The translations under genes and the position numbers were made by a program. Of a DNA stretch of 64,000 nucleotides, positions 12,816 through 24,200 are shown piece by piece (positions within the stretch are counted from its first letter, which is position 1; every line of letters begins with the position of its first letter). Under the pieces are notes generated by a model. The model did not search any database. It had not been told where the DNA came from and was given only the letters and a program-made list of their open reading frames with translations. The stretch is from Macrostomum lignano (Eukaryota). The stretch covers positions 62,001 through 126,000 of the forward strand of contig NIVC01002285.1 in NCBI GenBank assembly GCA_002269645.1, written 5' to 3'.

Positions 12816-12884
12816 CCTGAAGACTTTGTGACTGACCGTTGAGTACTTGAATGTCGATATGAAAATACTGGCTGCATGTAAAGC

Positions 12885-13262
12885 CGCATAGCAACCACTT
12901 GACAACTGCATAGCAGCAGTACAGCAACCACTTGACAACTGTATAGCAACCAGTTGGCAACCGCATAGCAACCAGTTGGCAACCGCATAGCAACCAGTTG
13001 GCAACCGCATAGCAACCAGTTGGCAACCGCATAGCAACCAGTTGGCAACCGCATAGCAACCAGTTGACAACCACATAGCAACTGTATAGCAACTAGTTGA
13101 CAACCGCTTAGCAACCAGTTGACAACCACATAGCAACCGTATAGCAACCACTTGACAACTGTATAGCAACTAGTTGGCAACCGTATTGCAACTACTATGC
13201 ACTAGCCGCATGGCAACCGCACAGCAACCGCGTACCATATGCGTGGTATAGCAAGTGTGGCA
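12885..13262. repeat. 22-bp minisatellite GCATAGCAACCAGTTGGCAACC downstream of the SLU7 stop
   Basis: Tandem units are visible. They explain the spurious VAMRLPTGCY ORFs. Confidence 0.92.
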
Positions 13263-13899
13263 ACCGCTTAGCCACCAAAAGTCTGCTTGTCGTGCAAAAT
13301 TTTCTCTACCTATTTTTATCCTTTATATTCGTGTTTGAAAGCCAATAAGCACCTTGGCCTCCTTTGTCTTTGTAATCTTCTCAGTAAATTGCTTCTTGAT
13401 TCTTTTTCAAGTTTTTCAAAAATCAAATTTGAAATACACGCTTTGTAAGCTTGGTCACGCTCTCCCTAGTTACTTTGTTCATCCAAGAATTACCCAAATA
13501 TATATGCCCAATTAAATCTGTTCTTCACTGACTATTGTTTAATCGCTACTTTCAGTACTCCAGTCTGCATATGTTTGTTTCTTTTGTAAATCAGACAAAT
13601 ATATATTACGAGTTTATTCTCAATCCGAGGTAACAGGTTGTAAAATTGTTGCTTATTGATGCGTTGTGTACTTTTTAAATATACCTGGACCCCGTCTGAG
13701 CTTGCCGCTGCACTGGGCAAGATGCATCTGAAGCAATGACGTGTCTTCTTTGCTCTGCTTTTAGTAGCATGTTAATATGACTTATTCATGCTACCTACAG
13801 TTTAACAGGGTCGTCTCCGGAGAGGGATCCCTCTTCAGCTGGTCGTTTGACTTTTCATTGATTGGGTCATTGATTCAGTCATTCTTATTATTTTGGTCA

Positions 13900-14400
13900 T
13901 CTTCAGCGGGTCATTGGATCATAAAATGGTCGTATCCCTCATCTGGTCATTGGTTGGGTCATGAAACGGTCATATTCTTCAGCTGGTCATTAGTTGGGTC
14001 ATGAATGGTCATATCCCTCATCTGGTCATTGGTTGGGTCATGAAACGGTCATATCCCTCATGTGGTTATTAGTTGGGTCATGGAATGGTCATATCCCTCA
14101 TCTGGTCATTAGTTGGGTCATGAAATGGTCATATCCCTCATCTGGTCATTGGTTGGGTCATGAAATGGGCATATCCCTCATCTGGTCATTAGTTGGGTCA
14201 TGAATGGTCATATCCCTCATCTGGTCATTAGTTGGGTCATGAAATGGGCATATCCCTCACCTGGTCATTAGTTGGGTCATGAAATGGGCATATCCCTCAT
14301 CTGGTCATTAGTTGGGTCATGAAATGGGCATATCCCTCATCTGGTCATTAGTTTGGTCATGAAACGGTCATATCCCTCATGTGGCCATTGCTTGGGTCAC
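13900..14400. repeat. 40-bp minisatellite GGTCATTAGTTGGGTCATGAAATGGTCATATCCCTCATCT
   Basis: About 12 tandem units upstream of the ECO1-like gene. Confidence 0.93.
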
Positions 14401-14516
14401 TAATATTGCGCTTTAGCCAGCCAATGTCCGGGCGATCCAATGCGATGGATTAGGCAGGGATTTAGCCATTCTGTCATTAATCCTGCCTGCCGTTTCCAGC
14501 CTGGCCGGCCTCTCGC

Positions 14517-15800
14517 ATGTCTCCGACCTCGCCAGCCGCCTCCGCCCTCGCGTCCGCCCGACGCCGACTGTCGACGCCGCCGGCCGCTGGACGTCGGTCG
14601 CGGGGCAGCCCGGCAGGAGGCGGCGGCGGAGTTTCCAAGAAACGAAACTCCCTTGGCGGTCCCGGGCCGCACCTGGTGCAGCTGAACCTGGACTTCGGCC
14701 AGAGCAACCTCGGAACGGTCACGTGCTCAGGCTGCGGCATGGTGTACTCGGCCGGCAACCAGGCTGACGCTGTTCGGCACGCGAGGTTTCACGCCAGCCG
14801 GCGGCCGGCTGCTGCGGCGGCAACAGCGGCAGCGTCGGCTGCGTCGGCCAGCGCGTGGCGAGGCCAGCAGGCTGTGAAGGAGTTCTTCAACGGGGACCGG
14901 ATTGTCCGCGTGTCTCCCGGAGCCGGCGGCGGCGTCGGCTGGCAGCGCGCCAAAGAGATCTTCCGCCTGATGGACGAGGAGCTCGGCCAGGGCACCGAGC
15001 CGGATGCCTACAGCGGCATGCTCGTGTTGCTGTACGTTCGGCATCAGGTGAGTTGTAACACCCTGTGCTAGTCTGTAACACCCTTGCTAGCCTGTAACAC
15101 CCTGTGCTAGCCTGTAACACCCTGTCCTAGTTTGTAACACCCTGTGCTAGTCTGTAACACCCTTGCTAGCCTGTAACACCCTGTGCTAGTCTGTAACACC
15201 CTGTGCTAGTTTGTAACACCCTGTGCTAGTCTGTAATACCCTGTGCTAGTCTGTAACACTCTGTGCTAGTTTGTAACACCCTGTGCTAGTTTATAACACC
15301 CTGTGCTAGTTTGTAACACCTTGTACTAGTCTCTAACACCCTGTGCTAGTTTGTAATACCCTGTGCTAGTCTGTAACACCCTGTGCTAGTCTGTAACACC
15401 CTACCATTCCCTGCAACACCCTACCATACCCTGCAACACCCTACCATACCCTGCAACACCCGCCGCCATTTGCAACCTACTCAAGTCGGGCATAGTCGGC
15501 TGCTGCATCGCCGAGCCGATCCGCACCGCCTACCGCCTGCTGCCGCCAGTTGAAGGTGCCGAGGCGGCCACCGAGCGGGACACGGAGCCGCTGCCAGCCC
15601 AGTGCGGCATCCACAAGGTCTGGTGCCAGTCAGGTCACCGCCGGTCCGGCGTGGCCACCGCCCTGCTGGATGCCGCCAGGTCCTGCCTGTACCTGGGCCT
15701 GCAGGTGCCCCTCAGCCTCACCGCCTTCACCGCGCCAACACCCAGCGGCTACCGGCTCGCCTGCCGATACCTGACCACCGACAGGCCATTGGTATACTGA
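14517..15800 (+). CDS. ECO1: Eco1/ESCO-family cohesin N-acetyltransferase, ~281 aa; exons 14517-15047, 15486-15800
   Basis: PIP-like QLNLDFGQ, C2H2 finger CSGCGMVYS....D...HARFH, and acetyltransferase motifs IVGCCIAEPI, CGIHKVW....RRSGVATALLD and AFTAPTPSG...A..Y...LVY*. Phase-0 intron CAG|GTGAGT to TCAAG|TCG. The true N-terminus may extend through an upstream exon (acceptor at 14499). Confidence 0.92.
15055..15460. repeat. Intronic minisatellite, 20-bp unit CTGTAACACCCTGTGCTAGT (ECO1 intron)
   Basis: About 17 units, then 3 units of a derived 20-mer CTACCATACCCTGCAACACC. Confidence 0.93.
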
Positions 15801-15929
15801 TTTTATTATTAACAATAATGCAGTTATTTATTGTAACTTTTCAGTGACCATTTTTTTCGCGGATGGCCTCATTTTTTCTTTAAAAGTGGGATTTAAAGAT
15901 CACCCAGTTAGTTCGGGATTTAAAAATGT

Positions 15930-16570
15930 CCCAATTAGGGATTCAAGAAATCCCAATTAGGGATTCAAAGATATCCTAATTTGGGATTTAAAGATTAAGA
16001 TTTAAAGATATGCTGCAATTAGGGATTTAAAGATATCCCAATTAGGGATTCAAAGATATCCCAATTAAGGATTTAAAGATATCCCAATTAGGGATTTAAA
16101 GATATCCCAATTAGGGATTTAAAGATCTCCCAATTAGGGATTTAATGATATTCCGATTAGGAAATCAACGATATCTCAAATAATGAAATAGGGATTTAAA
16201 GATCTCCCAAGTAGGGATTTAAAGATGTCCCAATTAGGGATTTGAAGATATCCCAATTAGGGAATCAACGATATCTCAGTTAGGGATTTAAAGATATCCC
16301 AATTAAGGATTTAAAGATATTACAATTAGGGATTCAAAGATATCCCAATTAGGGATTTAATGATATTCCAATTAGGGAATCAACGATATCTCAGTTAGTG
16401 ATTTAAATATATCCCAATTAGGGATTTAATGATATTCCAATTAGGGAATCAACGATATCTCAGTTAGTGATTTAAATATATCCCAATTAGGGATTTAATG
16501 ATATTCCAATTAGGGAATCAACGATATCTCAGTTAGGGATTTAAAGATATCCCAATTAGGGATTTAATGA
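15930..16570. repeat. 23-bp minisatellite GATATCCCAATTAGGGATTTAAA
   Basis: Tandem variant units with an internal inverted repeat ATCCC/GGGAT. Confidence 0.92.
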
Positions 16571-17104
16571 CATTCTGATTCCCAGCAAGGATCTTATATA
16601 TTTTATCTTTGATTTTCATTTCTTAACTCTCTTCATATTTGCCATCTACTTACATGTATTTCACTGCAACTGCGTCCATCCTTAATGGAAGTCTTTGTTT
16701 GTCTCACTTTCAGCGTGTTTTCTATAACTGCTCTTTGTACTCAGCTCAGTGTCCCCGAGTATGGTGATACACTTGATTTGCTATTTACTAGTAGTAAATT
16801 TTTCCATGTATTTTATAGGGCCAATCGAGCGCATAGCATCTGTATGCGTTTCAATTTTTATGGCCGTCTGCCATTTACCAACTTTTCCTATCTAGCCATG
16901 TGATGCCGCCTCAGCGTTATAAATGAACCAGCTAAATATAAATGCGCTTTGTGAGACAAAAACTGTACTGCACAAATTGAATATATGTACTCTGTTAAGT
17001 ACTCACGGTGTTCAATCATTGCATGATAATTACAATCAATAGGGAACAGCATTCCCTTCTGCGCAACAAGAATGTGGTCCTCTACACAATTATACACTAT
17101 CCAT

Positions 17105-17775
17105 ATCTTGTTGCACACTGTACACATCTAGTTGCACACTGTTCACATTTAGTTGCACACTGTACACATTTAGTTGCAATACTGTACACATCTAGTTGCA
17201 CACTGTACACATCTAGTTGCAATACTGTACACATCTATTTGCAATACTGTACACATTTAGTTGCAATACTGTACACATCTAGTTGCACACTGTACACATT
17301 TAGTTGCACACTGTACACATTTAGTTGCAATACTGTACACATCTAGTTGCACACTGTACACATTTAGTTGCACACTGTACACATTTAGTTGCAATACTGT
17401 ACACATTTAGTTGCACACTGTACACATCTAGTTGCAATGCTGTACACATCTAGTTGCACACTGTACACATCTAGTTGCAATGCTGTACACATCTATTTGC
17501 AATACTGTACACATTTAGTTGCAATACTGTACACATCTAGTTGTACACTGTACACATTTAGTTGCAATACTGTACACATCTTGTTGCACACTGTACACAT
17601 CTTGTTACACACTGTACACATATTGTTGCACACTGTACACATCTTGTTACACACTGTACACATCTTGTTGCACACTGCACATCTTGCACACTGTACACAT
17701 CTTGTTGCACACTGCACATCTTGCACACTGTACACATCTAGTTGCACACTGCGCATCTTGCACACTGTACACATG
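17105..17775. repeat. 21-bp minisatellite CTGTACACATCTAGTTGCACA
   Basis: Tandem units. They explain the spurious HCTHLVA ORFs. Confidence 0.93.
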
Positions 17776-18309
17776 TACACCATTTACACAGCTGCAAAGT
17801 GATTGCTCTGTACAGACTTTTTAATCCATCGCCTAACGTGAAGCTTCAAGCAGCACTTTATTCAGCTTCACGGCACTGCTACATAGCAACTCTCCTTACT
17901 CTTTCGCACTCATTTATGGAGCTCGGTGGCTGAGCGGAATAAGAAAGGTTGGGAGGAGAGCTGGGCTGCAATTCAATCAGTATTCGCGCTTGAACTGCAG
18001 AGGCCATGCAGACTAATTGGGTCTCTGAGGAAACTGCTTGTCTTCTCTGTGCCCGCTCTTCAGTGCACTCGCGTTCCAACTGAGAAAACTCTCCTGTCTC
18101 TCGTGCCTGCTTCCAAGACGGAATTCGATTAATTACGGCCACCACTGAGTGCTGCAAGTGGCCGCTCAATAGCAAAGCTCGGCATTCGGAAATTCGCCTT
18201 CTGCGTTCGTGGCTTAACTATGAACTATGAAAGCAACGCTGTGTATGGGAGCTGAAGATTAGTTCAGTTAAGGTCACCACTATCCCCAGGTCTTCGGTCT
18301 GTGCCACCG

Positions 18310-18970
18310 TCAGCCTCCCAGATCCTCAGTTGCTGGGCCGTCCTCCCAAATCCTCAGTTGCTGGGCCAGCCTCCCAAATCCTCAGTTGCTGGGCAGCCGT
18401 CAGCCTCCCAAATCCTCAGTTGCTGGGCCGCCGTCAGCCTCCCAGATCCTCAGTTGCTGGGCCAGCCTCCCAGATCCCCAGTTGCTGGGCCAGCCTCCCA
18501 GATCCTCAGTTGCTGGGCAGCCGTCAGCCTCCCAGATCCTCAGTTGCTGGGCCAGCCTCCCAGATCCTCAGTTGCTGGGCCAGCCTCCCAGATCCTCAGT
18601 TGCTGAGCCAGCCTCCCAGATCCTCAGTTGCTGATCCAGCCTCCCAGATCCTCAGTTGCTATGCCACCCTCCCAGATCCTCAGTTGCTATGCCACCCTTC
18701 CAGACCCTCAGTTGCTATGCCACCCTTCCAGACCCTCAGTTGCTATGCCACCCTTCCAGATCCTCAGTTGCTATGCCACCCTCCCAGATCCTCAGTTGCT
18801 ATGCCACCCTCCCAGATCCTCAGTTGCTATGCCACCCTCCCAGATCCTCAGTTGCTATGCCACCCTTCCAGACCCTCAGTTGCTGCTATGCCAGCCTCCC
18901 AGACCCTCAGTTGCTGGGCCAGCCGCTCAGATCCTCAGTTGCTGGGCCGCCGCCACCCTCCCAGATCCCA
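18310..18970. repeat. ~28-bp minisatellite CCTCCCAGATCCTCAGTTGCTGGGCCAG / ...GCTATGCCAC
   Basis: Tandem units that change gradually from one variant to the other along the array. Confidence 0.92.
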
Positions 18971-19539
18971 GTTCATGATTCAGCAATCAGCTGGGGTGAC
19001 ATGGGGAACAGCTGTTCCCAGCTGCTCGCCTTGTGCTGCTCTTCACCAAGCGCTGCACTTTTATTATTCTATCAGAACACAAGACCGAGCAGCTGAAAAA
19101 AAACTAATCAAATCAATTAATGGCCTTACAAAAGGCGCACTGTACGCTTTGATCGTCCCATGCGACTTCAGTCCGCCGAATAGTCCATATGTGAAGCCCT
19201 GGGTCCCTCCTGTATAATGGATGAGCTGTTGGAGAAAAAAGCAGACTAAAGCCCAACAGAGGACAGCAATTGGCTTCTCGTGCACTGCTGCAGCTGCTGC
19301 CAGATCTGCTTTCGCGATCTCCCCCCTCCCCAGCCATTCATCATAAAATGATGAAGCATTGGGTCGGGCAGGCGAGGAAAAAATCGGGGATGCTGATGGC
19401 GAGAGCACTGGTGAATTCTCAACTGCAAGTCCAACTCAAATTTTATGGCGAGCCATAATAATACTCTCCTTATGCAGATTTCCGAGTTGTATTTCATTTT
19501 ACATGAGCCGCGCAATAGCGGCATTTAGTGTGATTTTAG

Positions 19540-20345
19540 CCTCCGATATCAGCCTTGGCGCCCACAATACCCGCCTTGGTCTTGGCGCCGCCGATATCAG
19601 CCTTGGCGCTCCCAATATCGGTCTTGTCAATTCGACCTGGACGCCGCGATATCAACCTTGGCGCCCCTAGATTCAACCTTGGCGCCCCTAGATTCAACCT
19701 TGGCACCCTAGATTCGACCTTGGCGCCCCTAGATTCAACCTTGGCGCCCCTAGATTCAACCTTGGCGCCCCTAGATTCAACCTTGGCACCCTAGATTCAA
19801 CCTTGGCACCCTAGATTCAACCTTGGCACCCTAGATTCAACCTTGGCGCCCTTATATTCGACCTTGGCACCCCTAGATTCGACCTTGGCGCCCCTAGATT
19901 CAACCTTGGCACCCTAGATTCAACCTTGGCACCCTAGATTCAACCTTGGCACCCTAGATTCAACCTTGGCGCCCTTATATTCGACCTTGGCACCCCTAGA
20001 TTCGACCTTGGCGCCCCGATATCAACCTTTGCGCCCCGATATCAACCTTGGCGCCCTTATATTCGACCTTGGTGCCCCTAGATTCAACCTTGGCGCCCTT
20101 AGATTCGACCTTGGTGCCCCTAGATTCAACCTTGGCGCCCTTATATTCGACCTTGGCGCCCCTAGATTCAACCTTGGCGCCCCGATATCAACCTTGGCGC
20201 CCCGATATCAACCTTGTCGCCCTTAGATTCGACCTTGGCACCCCTTATCAACCTTGGCGCCCCTAGATTCAACCTTGGCACCCCTAGATTCAACCTTGGC
20301 GCCCCTAGATTCAACCTTGGCGCCCCTAGATCCAATCTTGGCGTC
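19540..20345. repeat. 21-bp minisatellite AACCTTGGCGCCCCTAGATTC
   Basis: About 36 tandem variant units. Confidence 0.93.
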
Positions 20346-21292
20346 CCCGGCATGGCTTCAGTTACAATTTCGGCGCTGTTACACATGTAAAAGCAGGTGG
20401 GTTTGCCCGCCACCCCATTTGCCTTATAAATAAAAGGCTAATAAGCGGCTCAATTAGTCAGCAGGCAAAATAATTTTAGAGAAAATTTGCCAAGTTCGCA
20501 ACAAATTGCAGTTCCAGCCCGTACTCCCCCAAGCAATAACTGCAAAGAAGACTTGGATTTCGGATGGTTTTGCTGGTAGTTGTTGGCCCAATGTGGCCCA
20601 ATAGGCTATTCTATTTATGCAATGCTGTGCCACACTAACTTAACCCCGCCCCGAACCTTAAGTGTTCAGCTTAATGCCTTGCTTCTAGTCGGGTTGTTGG
20701 CGAGGCGGTGGAAAGACAGACAGATTACACTTGGGCATTAAAGGAGGGGTTTAACCCGGCTTGGCGAGACTAAAGCCTTTCTCGTCTGGGGTTCTGTAAT
20801 ATGCAATGTACATAGCTGGGGGAGAGAAGTGTGAGCGTCTGGACCTGCAAAGACCCCAAGCGAAGGACCAGACAGGGGAGTAGGTAGAGAGGAGGGAAGG
20901 AGAAATGTACAGTGGGGCTTCATTTTCAACAGCCCCCCCCTGTCACCCCGCTGTCCGTCCGTCCCCTCTCTCCCCTCGGGGTTGGGCTTGGAGACAAACC
21001 GTTCATGTATAGAATAATGCGGTGGCTTCGGCTATCTTTTTAGCTGACTGCTTTTGATCCTTCAAAGAGTTGTGCTTGCTTGCCCTGTGCCTTCAAGCAA
21101 AGAACTGCCTCTGCCTACCCGGACTGCCCTCAGTCCCGTTTTCCCGCGTTTCTTCTGGCTTTTCGGGCAGCAGGCCGGGACAAAAGCCTCATAAAGCATA
21201 TTTTCCAAGGGGATTCCAGGAAAGCAAGAAGAGGTGCGACGCGGTCTGCTGACTTGCTGCTTTGACAGCCTTCTCTGTGGTGGCTAGCGAGC

Positions 21293-24200
21293 ATGAGGTA
21301 ATTCCTGCGAATATTGCTGCTCCGTACGCTTACGACTTACCTATATTCACAACCCAATGTCAAGCTTGGCGCCCCACATGTCAATATTGACGCCCCACAT
21401 GTCAATCTTGGCGCGCCGCATGTCAATCTTGGCGACCCACATGTCAATATTGGCGCCCCACATGTCAATCTTAGCTCCCCGTGTCAATCTTGGCGCCCTT
21501 ATGTCAATCTTGGCGCTCTCATATCAATATTGACGCCCTCATGCCAGTCTTGGCCCCCTCGTATCAATATTGGCGCCCCACATGTCAATCTTGGCGCCCC
21601 CGTGTCAATCTTGGCGCCCTCATGTCAATATTGGCGCCCTCATGTCAATCTTGGCGCCCTCATGTTAATCTTGGCGCCCTCATGTCAGTCTTGGCCCCCT
21701 CGTATCAATATTGGCGCCCCGTGTCAATCTTGGCGCCCTCATGTCAATCTTGGCGCCCCTCACGTCAATCTTGGCGCTCCTCATATTAATCTTGGCGCTC
21801 TCATGTCTTGGCGCCCTCATGTCAGTCTTGGCGCCCTCGTATCAATATTGGCGCTTCACATTTCAATTTGGCACCCCACATGTCAATCTTGGCGCCCCGT
21901 GTCAATCTTGGCGCCCTTATGTCAATCTTGGCGCCCTCATGTTAATCTTGGCGCCTTCATGTCAGTCTTGGCCCCCTCGTATCAATATTGGCGCGCCACA
22001 TGTCAATCTTGGCGCCCCACGTGTCAATCTTGGCGCCCTCATGTCAATCTTGGCGCTCCTCATATTAATCTTGGCGCCCTCATGTCAGTCTTGGCGCTCC
22101 TCATATCTTGGCGCCCTCATGTCAATCTTGGTGCCCTCATGTCAGTCTTGGCGCCCCCATATCAATCTTGGCGCCCTCATGTCAATCTTGGCGCCCCGCC
22201 CCTCCAGCGACCTGCAGTCCTCGCAGCCGACTTCGTCAACCCGACGTCGAGCAACCCCGCCGGAGCCGCCGACGCCGCTGGAGGCCGCCCTATCGGCTGG
22301 CGCGGCCGACGCCGAGCTGGAACGCCTGCTCGACCGTCGCGATGAATTCGGCGACGACGCCCTGACCGAGGAAGTTGAACGCGCTGACACCGAGGCCGAC
22401 GCCGCCGTTCTGTCGCTGCTGACCCGACCGCGCCTCGCCGAGCGCTGCTGGCAGCCCGCGCTGTTCGCTGCCGCCCGCTGCGGCCGCTCCGGCCTGCTGC
22501 AGCGCCTGCGGGATGCCGACCCCGCCGCCTGGCGCAGGGCGGTTCGCTCAGCGGGTCCTGATGGTCGCCGGGTGCTGCACCACGCTGCCGCAGGCGGAAG
22601 GGTGGAGGCCATGCTTCGGCTTCTGCGGATGCTGCGAATGCATCATCATCAGCAGCAACAGCCGGAAGCTGCGATGGATGACGCCGGCGCCGAGGAAGAA
22701 GCTCCTGATGAGGCTGAGGAAGCTGCGGATGGAGCTGATGAAAAGCGGCGAGCCGAAAAAAATTTAGAGCAGGAGGCGGAGGTGAGTGCGCTGCATCGGC
22801 ATTCGATGGCTACTTGTTGTTGTCGGAAAGGCTGCGGGGTGTCAGGAGAGGTAGCAGGATGTCAGGAGAGGTAGCAGGATGTCAGGAGATGTAGCAGGAT
22901 GTCACGAGAGGTAGTAGGATGTCAGGAGATGTAGCAGGATGTCAAGAGAGGTAGCAGGATGTCATGAGAGGTAGCAGGATGTCAGGAGAGGTAGCAGGAT
23001 GTCAGGAGAGGTAGTATAGGATGTCAGGAGAGGTAGTATAGGATGTCAGGAGAGGTAGCAAGATGTCAGGAGAGGTAGCAGGATGTCAGGAGAGGTAGCA
23101 GGATGTCAGGAGAGGTAGCAGGATGTCAGGAGAGGTAGCAGGATGTCAGGAGAGGTAGTAGGATGTCAGAGGAAAAGATCAGCGCATTTCTACACGCCCT
23201 CAATCCCCAGGCCCTGGACACCGAAGAGGACTTCGCCGAGCTGGTGTACGCGGTGGACTGCCGCGGCCGCACCTTCCTGTCCGAGCTGGCTGACCTGCAC
23301 CCGCAGGCGCTGCCGGAGCTGTGGCCGGCGGAGCTGCCAGGCGGGCTGGCCCGCGTGCTGGAGCTGCTGGACCCGCCGCTGCAGGGCCTGACGGACCTGC
23401 CGGATCGCCAGGCCGCCCTGGAGACGGTGGCCATCGCCCAGGAGCCGGTGAAGCGAATCGTGCGCAGCCTGTCCGACCTGCCAGACGGCGAGCGGTCGGA
23501 CGCGGCGAGGCAGCTGGTGCGGCTGTCGCAGTCGGCCTCGTCGCCGAAGCTGCTGCCGGCGCTACTGCGGCTCGGCCTGGTGCGTCCGGCCGACTGCGAG
23601 CAGAGCTTCGTGCTGGAGCTGGTGAAGGCCGGCTGGCTGACCGCCGCCTCCCAGCTGATGCGCCTGCAGCAGACCCGCCTGGTCGAGACCTGCGTTGCCG
23701 TGGCCGCCGCCTGCGGCTCCGCGCGGCCGCTCGAGCAGCCCCGGCCGCGCCCAGCAGCCACCCCGGGCGGCCTGGCCGCCTCGGCCGGGCGCTGGCTGAA
23801 GAGCGGCGAGCAGGCTGGGGACGACGCCAGCGTGGACAGCGGCGCCAGCAACCGCGAGCGCCTCCGTCGGGAGGCCGTCACTGTGGCGCTGAACGCCCTG
23901 GACGCCGTCTATTCCGGCGCCGACGGGCACTGGAAGGCGCGCGTTCACCGGCACTTCTTCAGCGGTGGAGGCGGCGCCGGCGCCCTGGCACTCGCTGATG
24001 CAGCCCCGGAGCTGCTGGCGGCGCCTGCGCTGGCAGAGTACGCCGACCGGCGCTGGGCGGACGGCCCGGACGCCGCGGCCGGCTGTCTGGGCTTCGGCAG
24101 TCCGGCCGGCGGGCCGCCGCGGTTCTCGCCGAGGACGAAGCACGCGGCCCGCCTGCTGAGCCTCCTGCTGTTCCAGCTGCTGCTGACGGTGCAGGCGGCC

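Noticed and set aside
19064-19408. 114-aa minus-strand ORF with a hydrophobic stretch
   Set aside because: No recognisable motif, no supporting splice structure and mixed codon bias. It cannot be supported without a homology search.
12584-20413. Cys-rich or repetitive ORFs (VAMRLPTGCY, HCTHLVA, PDPQLL, LAPLDST)
   Set aside because: Each coincides with a tandem array and has no non-repeat coding context.
21314-22345. 343-aa and 387-aa PHVNLGA repeat ORFs
   Set aside because: They are translations of the intronic minisatellite. Only the part from 22208 onward is a real exon.
23163-23210. ATG at 23163 as start of the TRP-like protein
   Set aside because: It lies in the last repeat unit of an intron. 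A better acceptor at 23210 links in phase to the upstream ankyrin exon.
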